The position numbers were made by a program, and so were the translations under genes. Below the pieces are notes generated by a model that worked only from the letters and a program-made list of their open reading frames with translations, did no database searches and was not told the origin of the DNA. Below are positions 1 through 15,540 of a stretch of DNA of 64,000 bases, piece by piece (the first letter of the stretch is position 1; each line of letters starts with the position of its first letter). Source of the stretch: Eledone cirrhosa (Eukaryota); the NCBI GenBank assembly GCA_964016885.1, contig OZ024743.1, positions 61,876,001 through 61,940,000 of the forward strand, in the 5' to 3' direction.

Positions 1-2385
1 TCTAGTATATATAGACACCACGTCTAGTATATATAGACACCACATCTAGTATATATAGGCACCGCATCTAGTATATATATAGGCACCACATCTAGTATAT
101 ATAGACACCACGTCTAGTATATATAGACACCACGTCTAGTCATATATAGACAACACGTCTAGTATATATAGACACCACATCTAGTCATATATAGACACCA
201 CGTCTAGTATATATAGACACCACATCTAGTATTTATAGACACCACGTCTAGTATATATAGTCACCACATCTAGTATATATAGACACCACATCTAGTTATA
301 TATAGACACCACATCTAGTTATATATAGACACCACATCTAGTTATATATAGACACCACATCTAGTATATATAGACACTACGTCTAGTCATATATAGACAC
401 CACGCCTAGTATTTATAGACACCACGTCTTGTATATATAGACATCACGTCTAGTATATAGTCACCACATCTAGTATATATAGACACCAAGTCTAGTATAT
501 ATAGACACCACGTCTAGTTATACATAGACACCACGTCTAGTATATATAGACACCACATCTAGTATATATAGATATCACATCTAGTCATATATAGACTGGT
601 GTCTATAGACACCACATCGAGTCATTTATAGGCACCACGTCTAGTTATATATAGACACCACATCTAGTTATATAGACACCACATCTAGTTATATATAGGC
701 ACCACGTCTAGTTATATATAGACACCACATCTAGTCATATATAGGCACCACGTCTAGTCATATATAGACACCACGTCTAGTATATATAGACACCACATCT
801 AGTCATATATAGACACCACGTCTAGTATATATAGACACCACATCTAGTATTTATAGACACCACGTCTAGTATATATAGACACCACATCTAGTCATATATA
901 GACACCACGTCTAGTCATATATAGACACCACGTCTAGTATATATAGACACCACGTCTAGTATATATAGACACCACATCTAGTATATATAGATATCACATT
1001 TAGTCATATATAGACACCACATCTAGTCATATATAAATACCACGTCTAGTATATATATAGACACCACATCTAGTATATATAAACACCACGTCTAGTTATA
1101 TATAGACACCACGTCTAGTTATGAATAGACACCACTTCTAGTTATGTATAGACACCAGGTCTAGTTATATATAGACACCACATCTAGTCATATATAGACA
1201 CCACATCTAGTCATATATAGACACCACGTCTAGTATATATAGACACCACATCTAGTCATATATAGACACCACGTCTAGTCATATATAGACACCAGGTCTA
1301 GTATATATAGACACCACATGTAGTTTATATAGACACCAAATCTAGTATATATAGACACCACGTCTAGTATATATAGACACAACGTCTAGTATATATAGAC
1401 ACCACATCTAGTCATATATAGGCACCAGGTCTAGTATATATAGACACCACATGTAGTTTATATAGACACCAAATCTAGTATATATAGACACCACGTCTAG
1501 TATATATAGACACAACGTCTAGTATATATAGACACCACATCTAGTCATATATAGACACCACATCTAGACATATATAGACACCACGTCTAGTATATATAGA
1601 CACCACATCTAGTCATATATAGACACCACGGCTAGTTTATATAGACACCACATCTAGTTATATATAGGCACCAGGTATAGTATATATAGACACCTTATCT
1701 AGTATATATAGACACCACATCTAGTATATATAAACACCACGTCTAGTATATATAGACACCACGTCTAGTATATATAGACACCACATCTAGTATTTATAGA
1801 CACCACGTCTAGTATATATAGACATCACGTCTAGTATATATAGTCACCACATCTAGTATATATAGACACTACATCTAGTATATATAGACACCATATCTAG
1901 TATATATAGACACCACGTCTAGTATATATAGACACCACATCTAGTATATATAGGCACCGCATCTAGTATATATATAGGCACCACATCTAGTATATATAGA
2001 CACCACGTCTAGTATATATAGACACCACGTCTAGTCATATATAGACAACACGTCTAGTATATATAGACACCACATCTAGTCATATATAGACACCACGTCT
2101 AGTATATATAGACACCACATCTAGTATTTATAGACACCACGTCTAGTATATATAGTCACCACATCTAGTATATATAGACACCACATCTAGTTATATATCG
2201 ACACCACATCTAGTTATATATAGCCACCACATCTAGTTATATATAGACACCACATCTAGTATATATAGACACTACGTCTAGTCATATATAGACACCACGC
2301 CTAGTATTTATAGACACCACGTCTTGTATATATTGACATCACGTCTAGTATATAGTCACCACATCTAGTATATATAGACACCACA
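1..2385 (+). repeat. Block duplication: about 1-490 recurs at about 1896-2385 (offset 1895)
   Basis: Shared rare variants in the same order: ggcaccgcatc (58/1953), cacgcctagtattt (401/2296), gtcttgtata (426/2321), plus a shortened tagtatatagtcacc monomer in both. Confidence 0.85.
597..614. other. Perfect 18-bp palindrome TGGTGTCTATAGACACCA formed by a 9-bp inverted fragment of the monomer
   Basis: 597-605 TGGTGTCTA is the reverse complement of 606-614 TAGACACCA. TGGTGT is the minus-strand form of the monomer. Confidence 0.93.
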
Positions 2386-3099
2386 TCTAGTATATATAGA
2401 CACCACGTCTAGTATATATAGACACCACATCTAGTATATATAGACACCACATCTAGTATATATAGGCACCACATCTAGTATATATATAGGCACCACATCT
2501 AGTATATATAGACACCACGTCTAGTATATATAGACACCACATCTAGTATATATAGACACCACGTCTAGTCATATATAGACACCACATCAAGTTATATATA
2601 GACACCACATCTAGTTATATATAGACACCACGTCTAGTCATATATAGACACCACGTCTAGTCATATATAGACACAACGTCTAGTATATATAGACACCACA
2701 TCTAGTCATATATAGACACCACGTCTAGTATATATAGACACCACGTCTAGTATATATAGACACCACATCTAGTATATATAGACACCACGTCTCGTCATAA
2801 ATAGACACCACGTCTAGTATATATAGACATCACATCTAGTATATATAGACACCACGTCTAGTATATATAGACACCACGTCTAGTATATATAGACACCACA
2901 TCTAGTCATATATAGGCACCACGTCTAGTCATATATAGGCACCACATCTAGTATATATAGACACCACATCTAGTCATATATAGACACCACGTCTAGTTAT
3001 ATATAGACACCACATCTAGTATATATAGACACCACGTCTAGTCATATATAGACACCACGTCTAGTCATATATAGGCACCACATCTAGTATATATAGACA

Positions 3100-6000
3100 C
3101 CACATCTAGTCATATATAGACACCACGTCTAGTTATATATAGACACCACATCTAGTATATATAGACACCACGTCTAGTATATATAGACACCACATCTAGT
3201 ATATATAGACACCACGTCTAGTATATATAGAGACACCACGTCTAGTATATATATAGACACCACGTCTAATATATATAGACACCACGTCTAGTATATATAG
3301 ACACCACATCTAGTATATATAGACACCACATCTAGTATATATAGACACCACGTCTAGTATATATAGACACCACATCTAGTCATATATAGACACCACGTCT
3401 AGTATATATAGACACCATGTCTAGTCATATATAGACACCACGTCTAGTATATATAGACACGACATCTAGTTATATATAGACACCACATCTAGTATATAAA
3501 GACACCACATCTAGTATATATAGACACCACGTCTAGTTTATATAGACACCACGTCCAGTTATATATAGACACCACATCTAGTATATATAGACACAACGTC
3601 TAGTCATATATAGACACCATATCTAGTATAGATAGACACCACGTCTAGTATATATAAACAGCACATCTAGTCATATATAGACACCACATCTAGTATATAT
3701 AGACACCACGTCTAGTATATATATAGACACCACATCGTGTATATATAGTCACCACATCTAGTATATATATAGACACCACGTCTAGTACATATAGACACCA
3801 CGTCTAGTAAATATAGACACCACATCTAGTTATACATAGACACCACGTCTAGTATATATAGACACCACATCTAGTTATACATAGACACCACGTCTAGTAT
3901 ATATAGACACCATATCTAGTATATATAGACACCACGTCTAGTATATATAGACACCACATCTAGTCATATATAGACACCAAGTTCAGTATATATAGACACC
4001 ACGTCTAGTTATACATAGACACCACGTCTAGTATATATATAGTCACCATGTCTAGGCATATATAGACACCACGTCTAGTATATATAGACTCCATATCTAG
4101 TTATATATAGACACCACGTCTAGTATATATAGACACCACATCTAGTATATATAGATATCACATCTAGTCATATATAGACACCACATCTAGTCATATATAA
4201 ACACCACGTCTAGTATATATATAGACTCCACATCTAGTATATATAGACACCACATCTAGTATATATAGACACCACATCTAGTCATATATAGGCACCACGT
4301 CTAGTTATATATAGACACCACATCTAGTTATATATAGGCACCACGTCTAGTTATATATAGACACCACATCTAGTCATATATAGGCACCACGTCTAGTATA
4401 TATAGACACCGTGTCTAGTTATATATAGACACCACGTCTAGTTATGTATAGACACCACTTCTAGTTATGTATAGACACGACGTCTAGTTATGTATAGACA
4501 TGACGTCTAGTTATATATAGACACCACGTCTAGTTATATATAGACACCACATCTAGTAACATATAGGCACCAGGTCTAGTTATATATAGACACCACATCT
4601 AGTCATATATAGGCACCAGGTCTAGTTATATATAGACACCACATCTAGTCATATATAGACACCACGTCTAGTATATATGGACACCACATCTAGTCATATA
4701 TAGACACCACGTCTAGTATATATAGACACCACATCTAGTCATATATAGGCACCAGGTCTAGTATATATAGACACCACATGTAGTTTATATAGACACAACG
4801 TCTAGTATATATAGACACCACATCTAGTCATATATAGACACCACATCTAGTCATATATAGACACCACGTCTAGTTATATATAGACACCACATCTAGTATA
4901 TATAGACACCACGTCTAGTATATATAGACACCACATCTAGTATATATAGACACCACGTCTAGTATATATAGACACCACGTCTAGTATATATATAGACACC
5001 ACGTCTAATATATATAGACACCACGTCTAGTATATATAGACACCACATCTAGTATATATAGACACCACGTCTAGTATATATAGACACCACATATAGTCAT
5101 ATATAGACACCACGTCTAGTATATATAGACACCATGTCTAGTCATATATAGACACCACGTCTAGTATATATAGACACGACATCTAGTTATATATAGACAC
5201 CACATCTAGTATATAAAGACACCACATCTAGTATATATAGACACCACGTCTAGTTTATATAGACACCACGTCCAGTTATATATAGACACCACATCTAGTA
5301 TATATAGACACAACGTCTAGTCATATATAGACACCATATCTAGTATATATAGACACCACGTCTAGTATATATAAACAGCACATCTAGTCATATATAGACA
5401 CCACATCTAGTATATATAGACACCACGTCTAGTATATATATAGACACCACATCGTGTATATATAGTCACCACATCTAGTATATATATAGACACCACGTCT
5501 AGTACATATAGACACCACGTCTAGTATATATAGACACCACATCTAGTTATACATAGACACCACGTCTAGTATATATAGACACCACATCTAGTTATACATA
5601 GACACCACGTCTAGTATATATAGACACCATATCTAGTATATATAGACACCACGTCTAGTATATATAGACACCACATCTAGTCATATATAGACACCAAGTT
5701 TAGTATATATAGACACCACGTCTAGTTATACATAGACACCACGTCTAGTATATATATAGTCACCATGTCTAGTCATATATAGACACCACATCTAGTCATA
5801 TATAGGCACCACGTCTAGTTATATATAGACACCACATCTAGTTATATATAGGCACCACGTCTAGTTATATATAGACACCACATCTAGTCATATATAGGCA
5901 CCACGTCTAGTATATATAGACACCGTGTCTAGTTATATATAGACACCACGTCTAGTTATGTATAGACACCACTTCTAGTTATGTATAGACACGACGTCTA

Positions 6001-8520
6001 GTTATGTATAGACACGACGTCTAGTTATATATAGACACCACGTCTAGTTATATATAGACACCACATCTAGTAACATATAGGCACCAGGTCTAGTTATATA
6101 TAGACACCACATCTAGTCATATATAGGCACCAGGTCTAGTTATATATAGACACCACATCTAGTCATATATAGACACCACGTCTAGTATATATGGACACCA
6201 CATCTAGTCATATATAGACACCACGTCTAGTATATATAGACACCACATCTAGTCATATATAGGCACCAGGTCTAGTATATATAGACACCACAAGTAGTTT
6301 ATATAGACACAACGTCTAGTATATATAGACACCACATCTAGTCATATATAGACACCACATCTAGTCATATATAGACACCACGTCTAGTATATATAGACAC
6401 CACGGCTAGTTTATATAGACACCACATCTAGTCATATATAGACACCATGTCTAGTATATATAGACACCACATCTAGTATTTATAGACACCACGTCTAGTA
6501 TATATAGACATCAAATCTAGTATATATAGTCACCACATCTAGTATATATAGACACCACGTCTAGTATATATAGACACCACATCTAGTATATATAGACACC
6601 ACATCTAGTATATATAGGCACCACATCTAGTGTATATATAGGCACCACATCTAGTATATATAGACACCACGTCTAGTATATATAGACACCACGTCTAGTA
6701 TATATAGACAATACGTCTAGTATATATAGACACCACGTCTAGTCATATATAGACACCACGTCAAGTTATACATAGACACGACATCTAGTGATAGATAGAC
6801 ACCACGTCTAGTATATATAGACACCACGTCTAGTCATATATAGACACCACGTCTAGTATATATAGACACCACGTCTAGTATATATAGACACCACATCTAG
6901 TCATATATAGACACCATGTCTAGTATATATAGACACCACATCTAGTATTTATAGACACCACGTCTAGTATATATAGACACCATGTCTAGTCATATATAGA
7001 CACCACGTCTAGTATATATAGATACGACATCTAGTTATATATAGACACCACATCTAGTATCTAAAGACACCACATCTAGCATATATAGACACCACGTCTA
7101 GTTTATATAGACACCACGTCCAGTTATATATAGACACCACATCTAGTATATATAGACACAACGTCTAGTCATATATAGACACCATATCTAGTATATATAG
7201 ACACCACGTCTAGTATATATAAACAGCACATCTAGTCATATATAGACACCACATCTAGTATATATAGACACCACATCTAGTATATATAGACACCACGTCT
7301 AGTATATATATAGACACCACATCGTGTATATATAGTCACCACATCTAGTATATATATAGACACCACGTCTAGTACATATAGACACCACGTCTAGTATATA
7401 TAGACACCACATCTAGTTATACATAGACACCACGTCTAGTATATATAGACACCACATCTAGTTATACATAGACACCGCGTCTAGTATATATAGACACCAT
7501 ATCTAGTATATATAGACACCACGTCTAGTATATATAGACACCACATCTAGTATATATAGACACCACATCTAGTCATATATAGGCACCACGTCTAGTTATA
7601 TATAGACACCACATCTAGTCATATATAGACACCAAGTTTAGTATATATAGACACCACGTCTAGTTATACATAGACACCACGTCTAGTATATATATAGTCA
7701 CCATGTCTAGTCATATATAGACACCACGTCTAGTATATATAGACTCCATATCTAGTTATATATAGACACCACGTCTAGTATATATAGACACCACATCTAG
7801 TATATATAGATATCACATCTAGTCATATATAGACACCACATCTAGTCATATATAAACACCACGTCTAGTATATATATAGACACCACATCTAGTATATATA
7901 GACACCACATCTAGTATATATAGACACCACATCTAGTCATATATAGGCACCACGTCTAGTTATATATAGACACCACATCTAGTTATATATAGGCACCACG
8001 TCTAGTTATATATAGACACCACATCTAGTCATATATAGGCACCACGTCTAGTATATATAGACACCGTGTCTAGTTATATAGAGACACCACGTCTAGTTAT
8101 GTATAGACACCACTTCTAGTTATGTATAGACACGACGTCTAGTTATGTATAGACACGACGTCTAGTTATATATAGACACCACGTCTAGTTATATATAGAC
8201 ACCACATCTAGTAACATATAGGCACCAGGTCTAGTTATATATAGACACCACATCTAGTCATATATAGGCACCAGGTTTAGTTATATATAGACACCACATC
8301 TAGTCATATATAGACACCACGTCTAGTATATATGGACACCACATCTAGTCATATATAGACACCACGTCTAGTATATATAGACACCATATCTAGTCATATA
8401 TAGGCACCAGGTCTAGTATATATAGACACCACATGTAGTTTATATAGACACAACGTCTAGTATATATAGACACCACATCTAGTCATATATAGACGCCACA
8501 TCTAGTCATATATAGACACC
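3100..8520 (+). repeat. Three related higher-order blocks of about 1.5-1.9 kb (about 3100-4860, 4860-6400, 6960-8520)
   Basis: Ordered variant series: aaacagcac (about 3656/5373/7221), atcgtgtata (about 3734/5451/7321), accgtgtc (about 4408/5922/8063), plus taacatataggc and tatggac in each block. Confidence 0.8.
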
Positions 8521-9479
8521 ACGTCTAATATATATAGACACCACATCTAATCATATATAGACACCACGTCTAGTATATATAGACACCACGGCTAGTTTAT
8601 ATAGACACCACATCTAGTCATATATAGACACCATGTCTAGTATATATAGACACCGCATCTAGTATTTATAGACACCACGTCTAGTATATATAGACATCAA
8701 ATCTAGTATATATAGTCACCACATCTAGTATATATAGACACCACATCTAGTATATATAGACACCACGTCTAGTATATATAGACACCACATCTAGTATATA
8801 TAGGCACCACATCTAGTATATATATAGGCACCACATCTAGTATATATATAGGCACCACATCTAGTAAATATAGACACCACGTCTAGTATATATAGACACC
8901 ACGTCTAGTATATATAGACACCACGTCTAGTCATATATAGACACCACGTCAAGTTATATATAGACACGACATCTAGTGATAGATAGACACCACGTCTAGT
9001 ATATATAGACACCACGTCTAGTCATATGTAGACACCACGTCTAGTCATATATAGACACAACGTCTAGTATATATAGACACCACATCTAGTCATATATAGA
9101 CACCACGTCTAGTATATATAGACACCACGTCTAGTATATATAGACACCACATCTAGTATATATAGACACCACGTCTCGTCATATATAGACACCACGTCTA
9201 GTATATATAGACACCACATCTAGTATATATAGACACCACGTCTAGTATATATAGACACCACATCTAGTCATATATAGGCACCAAGTCTAGTCATATATAG
9301 GCACCACATCTAGTAAATATAGATACCACATCTAGTATATATAGACACCACATCTAGTCATATATAGACACCACGTCTAGTTATATATAGACACCACATC
9401 TAGTATATATAGACACCACGTCTAGTCATATATAGACACCACGTCTAGTCATATATAGGCACCACATCTAGTATATATA

Positions 9480-12400
9480 GACACCACATCTAGTCATATA
9501 TAGACACCACGTCTAGTATATATAGACACCACATCTAGTATATATAGACACCACGTCTAGTATATATAGACACCACATCTAGTCATATATAGACACCACG
9601 TCTAGTATATATAGACACCATGTCTAGTCATATATAGACACCACGTCTAGTATATATAGACACGACATCTAGTTATATATAGACACCACATCTAGTATAT
9701 AAAGACACCACATCTAGTATATATAGACACCACGTCTAGTTTATATAGACACCACGTCCAGTTATATATAGACACCACATCTAGTATATATAGACACAAC
9801 GTCTAGTCATATATAGACACCATATCTAGTATATATAGACACCACGTCTAGTATATATAAACAGCACATCTAGTCATATATAGACATCACATCTAGTATA
9901 TATAGACACCACGTCTAGTATATATATAGACACCACATCGTGTATATATAGTCATCACATCTAGTATATATATAGACACCACGTCTAGTACATATAGACA
10001 CCACGTCTAGTATATATAGACACCACATCTAGTTATACATAGACACCACGTCTAGTATATATAGACACCACATCTAGTTATACATAGACACCACGTCTAG
10101 TATATATAGACACCATATCTAGTATATATAGACACCACGTCTAGTATATATAGACACCACATCTAGTCATATATAGACACCAAGTTTAGTATATATAGAC
10201 ACCACGTCTAGTTATACATAGACACAACGTCTAGTATATATATAGTCACCATGTCTAGTCATATATAGACACCACGTCTAGTATATATAGACACCACGTC
10301 TAGTCATATATAGACACCACGTCTAGTATATATAGACACCACGTCTAGTATATATAGACACCACATCTAGTCATATATAGACACCATGTCTACTATATAT
10401 AGACACCACATCTAGTATTTATAGACACCACGTCTAGTATATATAGACATCAAATCTAGTATATATAGTCACCACATCTAGTATATATAGACACCACATC
10501 TATTTATATATAGACACCACATCTAGTATATATAGACACCACGTCTAGTCATATATAGACACCACGTCTAGTATATATAGACAACACATCTAGTATTTAT
10601 AGACACCACGTCCAGTATATATAGACATCACGTCTAGTATATATAGACACCACATCTAGTATATATAGACACCACATCTAGTATATATAGGCACCACGTC
10701 TAGTATATAAAGACACCACATCTAGTATATATAGACACCACATCTAGTATATATAGGCACCACATCTAGTATATATATAGGCACCACGTCTAGTATATAT
10801 AGACACCACGTCTATTACATATAGACACCACGTCTAGTCATATATAGACACCACGTCAAGTTATATATAGACACCACATCTAGTGATAGATAGACACCAC
10901 GTCTAGTATATATAGACACCATGTCTAGTATATATAGACACCACATCTAGTCATATATAGACACCACGTCTAGTATATAAAGACACCACGTCTAGTATAT
11001 ATAGACACCACGTCTAGTATATATAGACACCACGTCTAGTATATATAGACACCACGTCTAGTATATATAGACACCACGTCTAGTATATATAGACACCACG
11101 TCTAGTATATATAGACACCACATCTAGTCATATATAGGCACCAGGTCTAGTATATATAGACACCACATGTAGTTTATATAGACACCAAATCTAGTATATA
11201 TAGACACAACGTCTAGTATATATAGACACCACATCTAGTCATATATAGACACCACATCTAGTCATATATAGACACCACGTCTAGTATATATAGACACCAC
11301 ATCTAATCATATATAGACACCACGTCTAGTATATATAGACACCACGGCTAGTTTATATAGACACCACATCTAGTCATATATAGACACCATGTCTAGTATA
11401 TATAGACACCACATCTAGTATTTATAGACACCACGTCTAGTATATATAGACATCAAATCTAGTATATATAGTCACCACATCTAGTATATATAGACACCAC
11501 ATCTAGTATATATAGACACCACATCTAGTATATATAGACACCACGTCTAGTACATATAGACACCACATCTAGTATATATAGACACCACATCTAGTATATA
11601 TAGGCACCACATCTAGTATATATATAGGCACCACATCTAGTATATATAGACACCACGTCTAGTATATATAGACACTACGTCTAGTATATATAGACACCAC
11701 GTCTAGTCATATATAGACACCACGTCAAGTTAAATATAGACACGACATCTAGTGATAGATAGACACCACGTCTAGTATATATAGACACCACGTCTAGTCA
11801 TATATAGACACCACGTCTAGTATATATAGACACCACGTCTAGTATATATAGAGACCACATCTAGTCATATATAGACACCATGTCTAGTATATATAGACAC
11901 CACATCTAGTATTTATAGACACCACGTCTAGTATATATAGACATCAAATCTAGTATATATAGTCACCACATCTAGTATATATAGACACCACGTCTAGTCA
12001 TATATAGACACCACGTCTAGTATATATAGACACCACGTCTAGTATTTATAGACACCACGTCTAGTATATATAGACATCACGTCTAGTATATATAGTCACC
12101 ACATCTAGTATATATAGACACCACATCTAGTATATATAGACACCACGTCTAGTATATATAGACACCACATCTAGTATATATAGACACCACATCTAGTATA
12201 TATAGGCACCACATCTAGTATATATATAGGCACCACGTCTAGTATATATAGACACCACGTCTATTATATATAGACACCACGTCTAGTCATATATAGACAC
12301 CACGTCAAGTTATATATAGACACCACATCTAGTGATAGATAGACACCACGTCTAGTATATATAGACACCACGTCTAGTCATATATAGACACCACGTCTAG

Positions 12401-15400
12401 TATATATAGACACCACGTCTAGTATATATAGACACCACATCTAGTCATATATAGACACCACGTCTAGTATATATAGACACCACGTCTAGTATATATAGAC
12501 ACCACATCTAGTCATATATAGACACCACGTCTAGTATATATAGACACCACATCTAGTATATATAGACACCACGTCTAGTATATATAGACACCACATCTAG
12601 TCATATATAGACACCACGTCTAGTATATATAGACACCATGTCTAGTCATATATAGACACCACGTCTAGTATATATAGACACGACATCTAGTTATATATAG
12701 ACACCACATCTAGTATATAAAGACACCACATCTAGTATATATAGACACCACGTCTAGTTTATATAGACACCACGTCCAGTTATATATAGACACCACATCT
12801 AGTATATATAGACACAACGTCTAGTCATATATAGACACCATATCTAGTATATATAGACACCACGTCTAGTATATATAAACAGCACATCTAGTCATATATA
12901 GACATCACATCTAGTATATATAGACACCACGTCTAGTATATATATAGACACCACATCGTGTATATATAGTCATCACATCTAGTATATATATAGACACCAC
13001 GTCTAGTACATATAGACACCACGTCTAGTATATATAGACACCACATCTAGTTATACATAGACACCACATCTAGTTATACATAGACACCACGTCTAGTATA
13101 TATAGACACCACATCTAGTTATACATAGACACCACGTCTAGTATATATAGACACCATATCTAGTATATATAGACACCACGTCTAGTATATATAGACACCA
13201 CATCTAGTCATATATAGACACCAAGTTTAGTATATATAGACACCACGTCTAGTTATACATAGACACAACGTCTAGTATATATATAGTCACCATGTCTAGT
13301 CATATATAGACACCACGTCTAGTATATATAGACACCACGTCTAGTCATATATAGACACCACGTCTAGTATATATAGACACCACGTCTAGTATATATAGAC
13401 ACCACATCTAGTCATATATAGACACCATGTCTACTATATATAGACACCACATCTAGTATTTATAGACACCACGTCTAGTATATATAGACATCAAATCTAG
13501 TATATATAGTCACCACATCTAGTATATATAGACACCACATCTATTTATATATAGACACCACATCTAGTATATATAGACACCACGTCTAGTCATATATAGA
13601 CACCACGTCTAGTATATATAGACAACACATCTAGTATTTATAGACACCACGTCCAGTATATATAGACATCACGTCTAGTATATATAGACACCACATCTAG
13701 TATATATAGACACCACATCTAGTATATATAGGCACCACGTCTAGTATATAAAGACACCACATCTAGTATATATAGACACCACATCTAGTATATATAGGCA
13801 CCACATCTAGTATATATATAGGCACCACGTCTAGTATATATAGACACCACGTCTATTACATATAGACACCACGTCTAGTCATATATAGACACCACGTCAA
13901 GTTATATATAGACACCACATCTAGTGATAGATAGACACCACGTCTAGTATATATAGACACCATGTCTAGTATATATAGACACCACATCTAGTCATATATA
14001 GACACCACGTCTAGTATATAAAGACACCACGTCTAGTATATATAGACACCACGTCTAGTATATATAGACACCACGTCTAGTATATATAGACACCACGTCT
14101 AGTATATATAGACACCACGTCTAGTATATATATACACCACATCTAGTCATATATAGGCACCAGGTCTAGTATATATAGACACCACATGTAGTTTATATAG
14201 ACACCAAATCTAGTATATATAGACACAACGTCTAGTATATATAGACACCACATCTAGTCATATATAGACACCACATCTAGTCATATATAGACACCACGTC
14301 TAGTATATATAGACACCACATCTAATCATATATAGACACCACGTCTAGTATATATAGACACCACGGCTAGTTTATATAGACACCACATCTAGTCATATAT
14401 AGACACCATGTCTAGTATATATAGACACCACATCTAGTATTTATAGACACCACGTCTAGTATATATAGACATCAAATCTAGTATATATAGTCACCACATC
14501 TAGTATATATAGACACCACATCTAGTATATATAGACACCACATCTAGTATATATAGACACCACATCTAGTATATATAGACACCACGTCTAGTACATATAG
14601 ACACCACATCTAGTATATATAGACACCACATCTAGTATATATAGGCACCACATCTAGTATATATATAGGCACCACATCTAGTATATATAGACACCACGTC
14701 TAGTATATATAGACACTACGTCTAGTATATATAGACACCACGTCTAGTCATATATAGACACCACGTCAAGTTAAATATAGACACGACATCTAGTGATAGA
14801 TAGACACCACGTCTAGTATATATAGACACCACGTCTAGTCATATATAGACACCACGTCTAGTATATATAGACACCACGTCTAGTATATATAGAGACCACA
14901 TCTAGTCATATATAGACACCATGTCTAGTATATATAGACACCACATCTAGTATTTATAGACACCACGTCTAGTATATATAGACATCAAATCTAGTATATA
15001 TAGTCACCACATCTAGTATATATAGACACCACGTCTAGTCATATATAGACACCACGTCTAGTATATATAGACACCACGTCTAGTATTTATAGACACCACG
15101 TCTAGTATATATAGACATCACGTCTAGTATATATAGTCACCACATCTAGTATATATAGACACCACATCTAGTATATATAGACACCACGTCTAGTATATAT
15201 AGACACCACATCTAGTATATATAGACACCACATCTAGTATATATAGGCACCACATCTAGTATATATATAGGCACCACGTCTAGTATATATAGACACCACG
15301 TCTATTATATATAGACACCACGTCTAGTCATATATAGACACCACGTCAAGTTATATATAGACACCACATCTAGTGATAGATAGACACCACGTCTAGTATA

Positions 15401-15540
15401 TATAGACACCACGTCTAGTCATATATAGACACCACGTCTAGTATATATAGACACCACGTCTAGTATATATAGACACCACATCTAGTCATATATAGACACC
15501 ACGTCTAGTATATATAGACACCACGTCTAGTATATATAGA
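9480..15540 (+). repeat. About 3.04 kb tandem block duplication (about 9480-12510 and 12510-15540), present once in copy B
   Basis: gtcatcacat 9951/12969 (offset 3018), ctactatata 10390/13431 and gagaccacat 11851/14892 (offset 3041). Confidence 0.87.
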
